From: Rotaria socialis
Lineage: Eukaryota
Direction: 5' to 3'
NCBI GenBank assembly: GCA_905331295.1
Contig: CAJNYD010000005.1
Coordinates: 124,001 to 188,000 of the forward strand
Length of the DNA stretch: 64,000 nt
Part shown: positions 49,999 through 63,318 of the stretch, in pieces
How the letters are laid out: every line of letters starts with the position of its first letter
How positions within the stretch are numbered: the stretch's first letter is position 1
Translations under genes and position numbers: made by a program
The notes under the pieces: generated by a model
Databases searched by the model: none
What the model saw: only the letters and a program-made list of their open reading frames with translations
What the model was told of the DNA's origin: nothing

Positions 49999-50098
49999 NN
50001 NNNNNNNNNNNNNNNNNNNNNNNNNNNNNNNNNNNNNNNNNNNNNNNNNNNNNNNNNNNNNNNNNNNNNNNNNNNNNNNNNNNNNNNNNNNNNNNNNN
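49999..50098. other. Assembly gap (100 N), flanked by repeat-like DNA
   Basis: Exactly 100 N, the usual placeholder for a gap of unknown size. Confidence 0.98.
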
Positions 50099-52049
50099 GA
50101 ATTTGAAAAATTTTCAAATATACAAAAAACACCCGAGTTCTATTAAAAGAAGAGTACGCTTTTCTTCATCGGTAATGATTTTCAAAAAAAAACGGCCACG
50201 AGAGTCACTAGCTTTAAGTGATAACTTTCAAACAAACAAAAAAACATTTAGCTTCATCCTTTGTTTTAATAGACAAGTCTTGGAGATGCTTCGTCAAACC
50301 CACACTTTAAGAAAACTTGAGAACAATCTGCTGGAATTGTTTTTTGAATGATAATAAAATATGCAATGATGTATGAGAATCAGCATTTGATTCTGACCAA
50401 AACAGATTAGTTCGTTTTTCGCACAGGTCAAAAAACCTTTTTCGAAGAAAACATTTTTTGCCGTAGACTCCCGGGTAACGAAAAAACGTTTTTTTTTCAA
50501 TTTCTGTCCAAACTTAGATGATTCTTAGGTTATCGACATCGCTGATCACGAATATGATGTTCATTTTGCTTCAAAATACTTATGGAAGTGGGATCATAGA
50601 TGTTGCCGAACATCACAAGAAAGCTTAATAATAATTAATTGATTTAGATAGCACGTACTGTACACTAATTTACATTCTGTTGTCTGTAAAACCTTTTTCT
50701 TTTTTAATCGTCGTTTTTTCACACAAAAAACAACGATTAAAAGAAATTGATTTTCTTTGTAGTGGATGTAAAAGTTTTTTTTATCGAAAATTAACCTTTT
50801 TAGAAATATAAAGTCTGAAATTCCTATTGATCCTTAACGTACCCACCTCAAAGAAGTCGAAAATGCACTCATCTGGTTTTCATCATTCTGACGAAAATTT
50901 CCAATTTTGAAGGGGAGGAGGGAGGCTTAACTTATTCAGGATTACACGAATTAACTTTCTCAATCATATTTTCCAAGATTTGAACATGGTTTTATCATAA
51001 TTACATGGTTATCCGTTATTTTTAACTGCTTAAACCTGCATTTTGTCCGTGATTCTCGCTAAAAATAGCATCCTTCAATCTAGTTTAACATTCTGTATGC
51101 AGTGCAAAACAAGAAGCTAGTATAATAGCACACGTGAACAAATTTCGATAGAAAGTATCGACTCTAATGATAATTTAATTTACGTATCATTAACCATACT
51201 AGGCTATCATGTATCAAATGGTACGATCTGTTTAAATGTGTGTGACACCGCGCATTGTATACACGTTTTGCCGCCATGTGGAGTTTTTAAAGAAAAAAAA
51301 AGCTTTTTCCAATACCTTTTTTTTGGTTATTGACTTGCTTGCTATTTCACATTAAATTTATTTTAAAAAGAAGATTCGAAAGTGTAGCCATGTGCGTGAC
51401 TCGAAGTACTACTGTTCATCGTCTTCATCTATTTTTATGATGAATTCTAATTTTTTGAATACTCAGAGACTGTTCTGGAATTGTATTGGTTTATAATTAT
51501 TTGTTTATTTTGAGTTTTCGAAAAAGTGAAAATGCTTATTATATCAAAAAGCTTGAAAAACGTTCGTGTGCTCAGTGTCAAAATACATTTTTTGTTAGCC
51601 ATTTTCAAAAGAGATTTAGATACGACGATATACTTCTTATGGATTAAAAGCCAAATACTATTAATTTTCTTTTGTAAACATTTGTTTAGAAATATTTGTC
51701 TCATTGGAACTGATGTTTTTGATAACAATTTTCTGCGTTTCTATACTGAAATATAAATATATAGAAAAGCAACGAGAAACAAATTGATTTTTCGACTTCC
51801 AATGATTACAAGTAATTTTTAGCATTAGAAATCATTTTATTTTTTCTTGGTGTAGAGTCTAAATTTATTTATCAACTCTTAAATATCTTGTATTATACAA
51901 ATGTGTTTATTTCACAGATAACTTCTTCATACGCATGATCATATTAATTCCTTGCTAAACTTTTTTTCTTCACAACAATACAAAATGCACAAGACACATT
52001 TCTTCTCTTTTTTTTCCTAATAACACCGTATGATAATTCGCCTAGGTTT

Positions 52050-54035
52050 ACAAGAAGAAAATCATTTTTGAAAGATTCCGAATACTTTACTCTTCCGAAA
52101 TGCATTTTACTTACTTGGACACAATTGATTCTCGTATCATTTCTTGTAAAGTTATGTGTAATTCTTTTTAATGATTTATAATTAATATGAAGTAGAATAT
52201 TATTTTGTAAATATGTTTTGATATTAAATAAAAATTCTTCGATGCAATCATCATAAACTCATTCAATTTCAAGTTGACTAAGATAAAAATATTTAATAAT
52301 TGATAAATTATGATTATCATTCATTGATTTATAAGATTGTTTTTTATTTTGTGGATGACAATCAGTCGCACATAATTTTTCCATAAATGGAAATGATTGA
52401 GAGATTCGAATAAAAAATTCATGTTCAACAGATTGTTTATCATATAGTGATTCAACACGAACATATCGATACAATCCACCCGGAAAATGATTTGCTATAT
52501 CTTCATAATATTGCATGAAAAATGAATATGACTAAACATGACATTGACTCTGTTTTAGCTCGAGAAAATAATCAACACAAGATATGGTTTTAGTGTCTTG
52601 AAAAGAGTTGAATGTCTTCCTTCGATGGTAAATTCATTCCATCTTTAATGAAAATAACCGAACAAGTATCACATGTAAATTGATTTAATAGTGGCATATG
52701 ATTAAGAATATTTTTCTGCAAAATGATTTTCATCAATAAACATTTCATCAACAAAGGCCGTAAGATACAAATCAAGTTTTTCTAAATTTGACATTCGATA
52801 AAGAATTGGTAGAATTACTTCATCATAATGCGATATAGTCAAAAAATAAGACAAAAAAACACTTTAGATTTGGTATTTTTCCCTAGAGAAAAAAATAAAA
52901 ATAAAGAAACTTATTTTCTTGTAAAACTAACTTAATTTTCAATTTTTTCTGGCCGATGAATGTTAGCCAAATCAATACTGAGTGTGTGAAGTTGATTGAA
53001 GCGATCATCGAGAATATAGAGACACAAAGAAATTGAACCTTAATATTTAATACTAAAAGAGATGAAGAAGAAAAACTAGGAGATAGAAAATCGAATAATA
53101 ATAATCGAACAGTATTTTTATATGAAACATCATAAAATGTTAAAACGAATTAAATTAATAAAAACAGTAAAGATATTATTGCATATGTTTTTGATTGTTG
53201 ATAGATCATTTTCATCTGGATCAATTTCAATAATCAGTGTCATAGTTTGATTTTTAAACATACCAGATGAAAGACTTTTATCTAACTAACATAGATACGA
53301 TTATAAGACAATAAAAAAAAAACAATATCGTAATCAACTATACATGTATTCACCTTTAGAAATAATCTCTCTAGTTCCCATACATTACCTCGTTGAAATG
53401 TAGCCCATAAAAAATTTATTAAAATTAATGATTATTATCTTTCTAAACATTGTTTTCTACTCATCAAAAATATTTTCTATTTTCGTTTAAAACCCCATAG
53501 TTAAATATGGATTTGAAAATAAAGTTATTTAGTGTCTCAATGATCTATTCAACTGTATTAAAAATTTTATCAACGTATTCATTTCAATATTAATGTATCT
53601 TTCATTTGTTTAAAATTAAAACAATTTTATTGTGACTTTCTTACGAATAAAAAGATATATAGCTGTCTCTTCTTCGATATTATATGGACCGACTCCACAT
53701 AAATCTGGATAATTGGTAACACGTAGAATACATTTCGTAGTTGGTGATTCAAGTTCAAGCCATATGATTTTCATAAAAATTTCAGGTCAAATTTGTGAAC
53801 AAAATCGATCAAGTATGAATTTTGACGAAAACTGACTAATAAAAATGGGCGACAATGGAAGACAATTCAAACGCCTTATCAATATTGCATCATGCATAAT
53901 TCTATACAGTCGTTCATAGACACTTTGTAAACAATAAAGAGCTTCAATATTGCTCAATTTTCTGAAAATAATTAGAAGAATTTCATCGAGTAAGTCATTC
54001 AATTCAACACATAAATATTTCATATTTGTTTTCAC
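52050..54035 (-). pseudogene. F-box/LRR-like gene of a lineage-expanded family, pseudogene
   Basis: LNDLLDEILLIIFRKLSNIEALYCLQSVYERL...ILDRFCSQI* at the N-terminus; DIANHFPGGLYRYVRVESLYDKQSVEHEFFIRISQSFPFMEKL near the C-terminus. Stops and frameshifts occur throughout. Confidence 0.8.
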
Positions 54036-55874
54036 TTGTCTATTCGGTGCACATTAGAAAAAATAATTTTATTTCAACATTTTGACCAGTGAGTCAAACG
54101 TATTATATGTTATGGTATACTGAAAAATAAGACATGTATAAGTGCATCTGCAAGAAATAATTATGAATAAAAGGTAGCCAAAACGTAGTGGAGTGTATTC
54201 ACAGCGGATGAAGATGGTGCGACTGATTTGATGTTAAATTTTAGATTTCTCTCTGAAACTCCGTGTTTCGATTGTATCTTTCACTTCTTATTGCTGAGAA
54301 GCACTCTCTTTCTAAATTTTCTGGATTCATCACTATCACAAACAAAAATAATAATAAGACAACACGTTTCTGTTTATGGATGTTCATTTCTTTTGTTCTA
54401 TGACAAATGAGAAACAATTTAACAACTGACCAGTATCCATAAAGATGTTTGGAACATCTTTGATATTTTCGTTTGTTGTATTGTTTCGTCCAGTTGTTTT
54501 CTTCTTTCGATTAATTTGATGCGTATTGATGAAGATGAATAGTCCTCGATTTCTTATGTGATGATTTTCTTGAGTTTTCTTTTCAATTCTTTACTTATAT
54601 CATGAGTCGTAAAAATTTCTAATTCAATTCTAATTTCAATCCGTATTCCTTCAAAAGATAAAAATTTAGAATTGACTGATGAATAATCCACAATTCATTT
54701 TTTATAATATGACATCGAAGCTATTGAATCTTGAAGACGAATCATGATAATCCTTGTGATGTTCTGATGGATTAACAGAAATACGAGAGAATCTTCTGTT
54801 CGATAATAAATAATTAATTGGTAGTCTTTTAATTAAAACGAATTTGTTTCTTTTATTATGTAAAACGAAGAAACCAAACCAAACTGAGTACAAACATTGG
54901 AAGTGATACGTATCATTTTTTCCTGCTAATTTTACTCTATTTTCACTACAATAAATTTAATTAAAGTTTTTGTATTTGGCTGAATCTATGTGTGAACACA
55001 CTTTATTATATTATACTGTAAATCAAATGAGCTGTGATTATCATTATTACTGAAACCCACCATTTTGATAACAAATTTTATCAGACAATTAAACTACGAT
55101 TGATATCCGTTGTGGAACTATCTGTAAAATATTATCGTTTTACTTTCTCTTGCAATATGATCTTCGATATTGTTCTGATGTTAATAGATTTTCAATGAAG
55201 AGTTTGTTTCAACAAATGCTTACTATATTTTCTTCACAAATAACAAATGTTTAGCTAGTTAATCAATCCGCTTTTGTGATATTGCACCGTGTCAGATATA
55301 CTATCAAACTGTTTCAATTAGAAGAAACTGTGAATTCAAAATTTTGCGACGAAGAACTTGGTATTGAATAATAGAATCAACCTTGTCAAGCATTTTAATT
55401 TAGAGATAATTGAAGAATCGATTTCTATTCTTTTAAACAAGAATTTCGTCTATCATTTGTACAATAGAACGGCTTCAATAAAAGTCTTCTAGAATCTTAC
55501 TAAAAATAGAGAGCAAAAGTACTTCATTCTTTAACCATTATCATTCTATTCAATATATGCCAATAAAATACGAGGATTTATTCATTATTTTTAGGTTCCA
55601 TTTTTTATTTCCTAAATTTCTGTTCTGTTGAATTACGAGAAGATGAAGATGCAAATCGAAAAATTTCTTGAATAAAACTGTATTTAAATTGATGTTTATT
55701 ATTATGAAAAGACCAATTTATTCTATCTAAGTCAAATCATATCATTCATCAAATAAATACCTATCCAAAACCAAGGGGGTCTCTTTAGTTTATTTGTTAA
55801 AAGAAAGAAAGAAAAGAAACTAGATATACACTGAGGACAATTGATGAAAGTGGATGCTATGAAAGATTAATTTT

Positions 55875-56690
55875 TCAATTCAAATATTTGAATGAAGGCC
55901 AATTATATCCATCGATCAATGGATCTTCGGGAAATGGTAGATTTTTCTTGACGCTATAAAATGAAATTATTTTAAATAATACTCAATAACTATGAAGGAT
56001 TTATATATTTACCGATGCTGATACATATATTGATGGCGAAGGATCTAGAATAAGAAGAAGAGAGAAAAAACAAAAATTTGATAAAAAATTCATTAATCGA
56101 ATCATGCTATTATTACTCGTTTTTGTGAAAGTATGCATTCTTTGACATCCTCCTTTTCATCTTGACATAGATATCGATGAGTACTTGGCATCTAAATTAA
56201 AGATATTTTCTTTAATGTTAACATAAAAATGATTTTTACAATAAATACTCTAACATACCATATGTGTACACATTCGATATTGTTTGAATACTTTTCCACA
56301 TCCCATATCACCTAAGCCCATAGCCCAAGGTTCAAGAGCCATATTAAATGGTGAATAAAAAACACCAACGGTTGGTGATGGATCAACAACTTTACTATGG
56401 TACCAACGTCGATGCCAACGAACAAACGGATTGATATGTTCTATAGGTTGGACATCTGTATTGTGAACAAGTCGTTGTTCTTGCTCATCGTCTTGTTGAT
56501 TACGAACCGCTATTTCTGCATCAGATGAACCGGGATTCGGCATTGGGCGACCAGCATCTGTATAATGACCAATTAGACGCATTAATGCAGGCATTTGAGC
56601 AACATATGGGCGAGTTGGATAAGAAAGATTAGCAGATAGAAGAGGAGTTTTTGACTCACTCTTCTTATCTTCTTTCATATCTTCGACCAT
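55875..56690 (-). CDS. NDUFS5-like twin-CX9C protein, copy B (4 coding exons)
   Basis: Same three intron positions as copy A and a highly similar protein (GCGKVFKQYRMC...CQDEKEDVKEC...RVKKNLPFPEDPLIDGYNWPSFKYLN*), with many synonymous differences. Confidence 0.7.
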
Positions 56691-56787
56691 GTCAAAAAAA
56701 ATATATATATATATATATCTGAAACAAGTTAACAACAAAAGTTAACATTCAGAGTATTATCTCTGATTGTATGTTATTTTATTTCTA

Positions 56788-59700
56788 TTAGAAATCATCA
56801 ACAGACATTGTTTTAACACGATCTTTTTGACAATCAAATTTCTTTTTAACAATAGAAAGAAATTCATTTTTAGTCGAATTTGATGAACCACCGTTACTCA
56901 TTTTTATTTGGCGTCTAGAATATTAATCGAAATTAGTATTTTTAACAAATTTATTTCCGCAAATATTTTGCTTACTTTTTGACTGGTGGACTTGTCAATG
57001 AATCTTCTTCCTCATCGGTTTCAATATTATCACCAGTAGCAACAATATCATCATCATCATCCGCATCATCTTCGTCTTCTTGCTGTTCTTGTTCATCATC
57101 AATATCGTCATGTTTTCGTTTCGCTTTTATTTGAAAAAGTTCTTCTTCTTCTTCTTCATCGTTATCACTGAATTCTTTTTCTATCATTGATTTGAAATTT
57201 TGTTTTCCAGCGACTTGTCGTTCAGGTCGAATTAAATCGGGTAATGATGATCGACCTAATGTCGATATCTATTTAAGAAATTTTTATGTTAAGAACAAAA
57301 TTGCTTGTTTTCGTCGAGCAACTAACCTTTTCTTTTTGCGCAATATCTTCTAAAACTTCACGTTGTCTCAATGATTTATATCGTTGAAAGTGAACAACAA
57401 GCGGACTTGATGTTGATTCTTGACGACTTTTTTCAAGCCAATTATCCTATTCATTTGAATAGAAAAGCAAATAATGGCAAATATTGAAAAATAAGAAAGT
57501 TCTCTTTTTCTACCATTAGTTTTACGTCTTTCACATTTAAACCTGCTTTTTGTCGTCGTTCTTCAATTAAATTGATATTTTCTTGTACTTTTTCTAATAA
57601 ACCTCGAATAACTTTGACGAAATTCTGCACTTTGCATACTTTGATAAATTTTTTACATTTAAGTATTAATGGATAAACAAGTTCAGGAAATGTAACATGA
57701 TGAGCATAATGAACAAGATAAAGCATAACAAGTTCATAGAATTGATCCATTAAACCATCCTAAATGAAATTTAATCTTGAATTTTATATGCGAAATATTA
57801 TTGAAAAATAAAAATCAAACCTTATAGGCTCGATCATCCATTTGTAATTTTGTTAATTTTAATGATGTATCAAAATTAATATATTGAGCTTTAAGAGTAG
57901 CTGTCTTATGACGTTTGTTGAAATCAGTCATATCAAACATTTCAAGTAAAAATGGTAAGACAGGTACAAATACAGATGTTAATTCAGTTAATTTAATCAA
58001 AAGACGAACACAATGAAATCGTAATGGATAATAACGAGTTGTTGGTACTAACCTATTGAAAACAAATAGTTTTTTAATTAAACAATTCGAAGGAGCAATT
58101 TTGAGTCGATCAGATTTATTTTCTTCAGTGTATTTCATTCAAATTTACATTTTGACTATCAGATGAATTAGAAATATATAAATTTATTCTTTTTCCAAAT
58201 ACAATAGACCACCCAATGAAGAAAAATGTCGTTACTAAATGGACTTCATCGAAAAAAAGATCTAGCACATTATTTAAACAAAGAAATCGAAGAGAATTTT
58301 AGTAAAAGCAGATTTGATAAGTCAAACTATCGTAAAATATTATGATCTATATCTTCTTTACATAGTACTGACTGTAGGATATTATCCCAATATATCGAAT
58401 TGTAACTACTAATAATTATCCGAACAAGAAAACTATTCAGCAAGCATGGAATTTCAATAAAAAAAAATACTCCAAGTAAAATAATTATACCTAATTGTAC
58501 CAATGATAAGTTCTGTCAGTGGATGTATGAGTTGTTGAATTAATTTTTCTTTAGTACTATATAAAACACCAATAACATTTGTCCACAAACTTAATGCATG
58601 GACAAATTGCCAACTATAAACGCTTTGAATATTTTCCTAAATACATATTATTTTCTTATGAAATTGAATCTTTGAAAAACAAAAAGAAACTTTCAACAGA
58701 CCTGTTTTTTATTTTGGATAGCTGTACGTAAATAAACAGCAAGTTGCCGAAGAAAAACAAAACCATGTTGATATGTAATTGTTGGATCAAGTGAATAGAG
58801 TTCAACTAAAGATCTTTGCATAAAATTTATTAATGGAAGTGTTGTTGGCGATGTAAATTTGCAATTTTTCAAATAGTCCAAATACATTTTCTATGAAAAC
58901 AAAAAATATAAAAATCAGATATTCTTGTGAAATAAAATATTTACTCTCAAAACAACACCAATCATTTCTTTTCGATGTTCACGTATCAAATGAAACAAAC
59001 AAACAAATGCAATAACCCGACTACGTTCATCTGATGCTGTTGACCAAATATGAATTAATTCCTAATTTGAACACAAAAACATTTGAAAACAAATGAAAGA
59101 TTTTTTTTCTATTTTGTTGCAATTACTTTAACAAGCGCTTGCCGTGTATTTGATGAAACAATAACAAATGGAATTAGAGAACGAACATGTCGAAGAAGAA
59201 TATTTAATGTACTTGGAACATTAATCATCGATATAAGCTAAATATGTATGAAAGATAATATAAAATAAAACTATTTCAACAATAAACAAACTCTTGTAAA
59301 ATGTAGCAAATATTTCTTGAGAATATTTTCAATATATTTCCAATTAGAACTTGTTTCTGGTTTTAATTTAGTTTTTGCAACAATTTTTATTCGAAGAAAT
59401 CGATAAATCGCCGGTAATAATTGTTTCAAGCAAACGCGAACAATTGCATTAAATGCTAAAAGGAAACAGTTTCTGAAATTTATAATTTATAATTTATGAT
59501 AAAACATACACTCTGGATCATCGATTGCACCACTTGTTATTTGTTTCTTTTTCTTTTTCTTCTGGCTTTCATCAGCTGATACATCAGTACCACCATAAGC
59601 TGATTGTACAGCGAAACCAAAAGCTCTTATAACTTGTCGAATAGTGATGAGTGTTGGTTGACTTTTCTAAATTTTATAATCAACGAATAATAGAAGAATT

Positions 59701-60192
59701 TGATGAAAATACTTTACTTGAAGTTGATTAGACCATTTATCAATTGTTTCAGTTGTAACTTGTTGTTGTTCTTCTTTACTTAATGGTTCACCATTTTCAT
59801 CTTCCTGAAAATAAATTTTATTCATATTTGTTTTTATGAAAAAGACAATTCGAATCAAATACATCTTCAGACATAGGTTCAATTTCAGCCAATTGTTCAG
59901 GTAGTTGATGAAATTGTTGTTCGGGATCATCATCCGGAATCGATTCATCATCTTCATCAGCATTAAAATGAAGTAAACTTGCATCTTCTTTTTTTAAAAA
60001 CTTATAAAATTCTGGATCAACCGTTGCTAAATCAGCTAAATCCTTTTTATGTTGAGCTGATGCCGATATTCCATTTTCTTTTGGTCTAAAAATTATACAG
60101 GAAATTTTTGAAATTTTTCATAAAATTTTTATAACTTACTTTTTGCTCTTTTTTTTATCTTTTTTTATTGGTTTTACGATTCCGGATTTCAT
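56788..60192 (-). CDS. NOC2L: Nucleolar complex protein 2 homologue
   Basis: HKKDLADLATVDPEFYKFLK, NCKFTSPTTLPLINFMQRSLVELY, YQHGFVFLRQLAVYLRTA, VYSWQFVHALSLW, LVPTTRYYPLRFHCVR, TFPELVYP, and an acidic tail. Confidence 0.95.
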
Positions 60193-60375
60193 CTGAAAGA
60201 ATATCTAATTATAATTATAGATCAATATTGATCGCCTATGGAGTTGTTTTTTTTCAAAAAGTATAAATAAAAGTTTTTATAAGAAAAAAAGAAAGAAGAA
60301 GTATTTTTTTATCTCGTTAATCTGACTTATGCGCACATGAATTATACATATGTAAAAAAAAAAGAAAATCACTGA

Positions 60376-63009
60376 TTAGGGTGTAAAATCGACGGAAAAT
60401 TGTTGAAATGACTGAAGATTGTATTGAGCTATAGAAGCGAGTAACCATTCAGGTTTAACATAAGCTGTATGTAGATGATCTTTTCGCTTTATTTCATTGC
60501 ACAACACAATAATTGTTGATGATTGATTTTGATTTGAATCATCAACAATTGTTCCACTACAAAGATAAATAAGTTCACGAAGTGCACGATTATCAGCTAA
60601 AATCGCTTGACAACCGTGCTGTTCTGGGCATTCTAAACGGAATGCAATGCCCTGAAAGAGGCCCTGTGAACGTGGAATACGTGAACGAAGAAAGCCACCA
60701 TGATAACCATATGTTGGATCGCCTAGAAATATTTCATAAATTTGCGATGGAACTATTATTTGATGTGTGATTGATGCAACGAGCCATTGAATACTAATTA
60801 TTGGTAAGTGACGAGCAGTTGCTTGAATTACTTTTAATGTTAATGGACAAACAAGTGGAGTGTTCTCGTCTAAGGAGTCAGTTATTAAATGAGTTGTTGT
60901 TTCGTCAACTGTATTTGAATGGCGAATATTAAATTGAGAAACGAATTGTTCAAAAATCATCTATATATAAATATACACAAATTAAAAATACATATTTGAC
61001 ATTTAAAAAATAATAAAAAATGTATTTTATAATAGAAATGTTTGTTTATGAATAGAAACAAAGTCTCTTTAGTTAACTTCACAATTATTTTATTCTTAAT
61101 ATTTTTGCATACAAACAGCTAGAAACTTCTCTTAAATTTTCTTTTCTCTGAAATGTCTGGCGGATTAAAAAAATATTATATATATATATATATACGTTTA
61201 ACATTGGTCTAGTTTTCTTGTCATGTTTTCTTCTAATTTTTTAGTTAGTCAATAATTGTTTCATAATAAATCTTTAAAATGATTGATCTTACTTTTCATA
61301 TCGTACTATTGTAATTAATGAAAAACTTTAAGATTTATCTATTAGTAACAGACACAACATTTTTAATATATACACAGATAAAAATTAGAAAACACTGTTT
61401 ATTTCACAGGAAATTTATTGTCTTGATGTTGATATTTTCTATTCTATAAAATCTACTTCTACGAAAACATCATCTAGTTTACCTGTTGCTCTGTTTTCAA
61501 ACTAGATTTGGCAAGAACCATAGTAGCTGGTGATGATTCTTCAATGGTCATTGTATATTTTGATACTTTTGTTGACCGATTACTCTATTCAATGAATAAA
61601 AATTAAAAAAAAAATTCTTTCGAAATGCCATCAGTGCAACTAACATTTGATAATTGAAGTTTAGTAGTTGTATCAACAATAAATTGACGCGTTTTAACTA
61701 ATTGTTCTACACAAGTGCATGCTGTTAAATCTCGGCACACAACATGTTGTTGAGACATCAGATCAGAATGGTATTGAATACCGATCGAAACAGATTCGTT
61801 ATTCATCGATTCTGTTTGTACTGATTGATTTCTGACTTCATTTGGTCGTGTTTGACACTGTTTCTCATGAAGAATAGGATGAGACAATAAATCATCTGTT
61901 TGTGTATCAATTGATGTAGCTGTTGTTGTTGGTGGCATTTGGGGACTTGGTGGATGAGTAGAATCAAAGTTATTTGCTGGAATAGGTGACGTTGCTTGAG
62001 GAGGAAGTGCAAAGGTAATACGTGATGCTGTTTTAATTTTAACAGCTACAAATAGATAAAAGAAAAGAATGTAAAAGAATAGATTTAATTTTATGTAGTT
62101 AAAAACAAAATGCATGTACGTGAACTTGTTTGAGTTGGTACAGCGAAGACATCTTCATTTTCAGTGTTTGGCCGTGTAAGAATTGGTGATGGCAATGACG
62201 GTAGTACTTGTTGATACGAACGAAGACTTTGAATTTTTTCACCAATTTTTCTATTGTGTTCATTGAGTTTTTTATAATTTTGTCGAATTCCTGAAAATAC
62301 AAAAATTCAAAAAAAATAAATAATAAATAAATAATTATTCTTCTACCTGGTCCTTCAATATATAATTTTGATTGTTCAATAAGACGTGTTTCTTCATTTT
62401 CTTCATCAGCAGTCGTACAGCCATCGGAACTTCCAGCAGAAGATTTACCTTATATAAAATTGAACGATGAATTCAAAATAAAACCACGAAATTAATTTTA
62501 CCAATAGTTGTTTTTGTAGTTTTTTTATTATTTAGAGCAGTAGTTCGTCGAAGTTTTTTCGAAATCGGTTCTTCTGATTGTTCTTGTCTTGAAATTGTTG
62601 TTTTTCGTTTGTTTGTAGTTGATTTATTTGTTTTTTTAAACTCTTCATCATTTTCTGTTTCATCATCATCATCTTCTTGATTCAAAACGGTTCTTCGATG
62701 CTTCGGTCGACTTTTAGTACTTTTATTTGTTGATATCGATTTTTTATCATTTTGTTTATCTTTTTTATTCATATTTTTTGTTAAATTCAGTAGTTGCATA
62801 TCTTCATAGGTTTGATTTTTTTCTTTAAAAATTTGTTGAAAAGCTAAATTATTTGCTGATCGATTTGATGCTATTGCCGATTGTATTGCCGGTGAACGAC
62901 GAAGAGGTGTACTGGTTAAAAGCATCGTATCAATTAACGATGGACGTGATAAATTATTATTAGTGATTGTTGATCCCAAAGGTTTTTTCCTCATGGACGA
63001 TGATGGCAT
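60376..63009 (-). CDS. BRCA1-like tandem-BRCT protein lacking a RING domain
   Basis: MVLAKSSLKTEQQ/MIFEQF...TTHLIT...VCPLTLK...ISIQWLVASI...YEIFLGD...HGGFLRSR...LFQG...LRELIYLCSGTIV...VKPEWLLASIAQY parallels the BRCA1 BRCT pair. The N-terminus is disordered, and an in-frame TAA lies two codons before the ATG. Confidence 0.8.
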
Positions 63010-63127
63010 TATTTACACGAAAAGAACTTTTTCTTCTTCAGATAACTTCAATATGTACAACAAAAAAGAAAAGAAAAGAAAAGATATATACAAGAAGAAG
63101 AAGAAGAAGAAAATAAACAACAATATT

Positions 63128-63184
63128 TAATGGATAATTTAAATAGCCAATAAGAAAAGAAAAACAGAGTGCAGTACATCCTAT
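63128..63184 (+). promoter_or_regulatory. Conserved CCAAT element in the divergent promoter between the BRCT gene and neurocalcin-like copy B
   Basis: aatggat...CCAATAAGAAaagaaAAACAGAGTGCAgTaCAT matches 2744-2797. Confidence 0.6.
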
Positions 63185-63318
63185 TCGGTATTAATCCTGA
63201 AGGTTTATTTTCTCTGCCATCGCAATAGTTGACATATTTTCCTGTGCAACTGACTTCACACCCTTCTTTGCTTATGCGTTTTTTTTCTCAATGGATTTAA
63301 TACTGTTTTAATTTACTG

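Noticed and set aside
49700..51800. Repeat-like DNA on both sides of the gap
   Set aside because: Likely non-autonomous DNA transposon pieces, but boundaries and TIR pairs could not be fixed.
54330..54920. Possible small minus-strand gene
   Set aside because: No consistent open frame or known motif.
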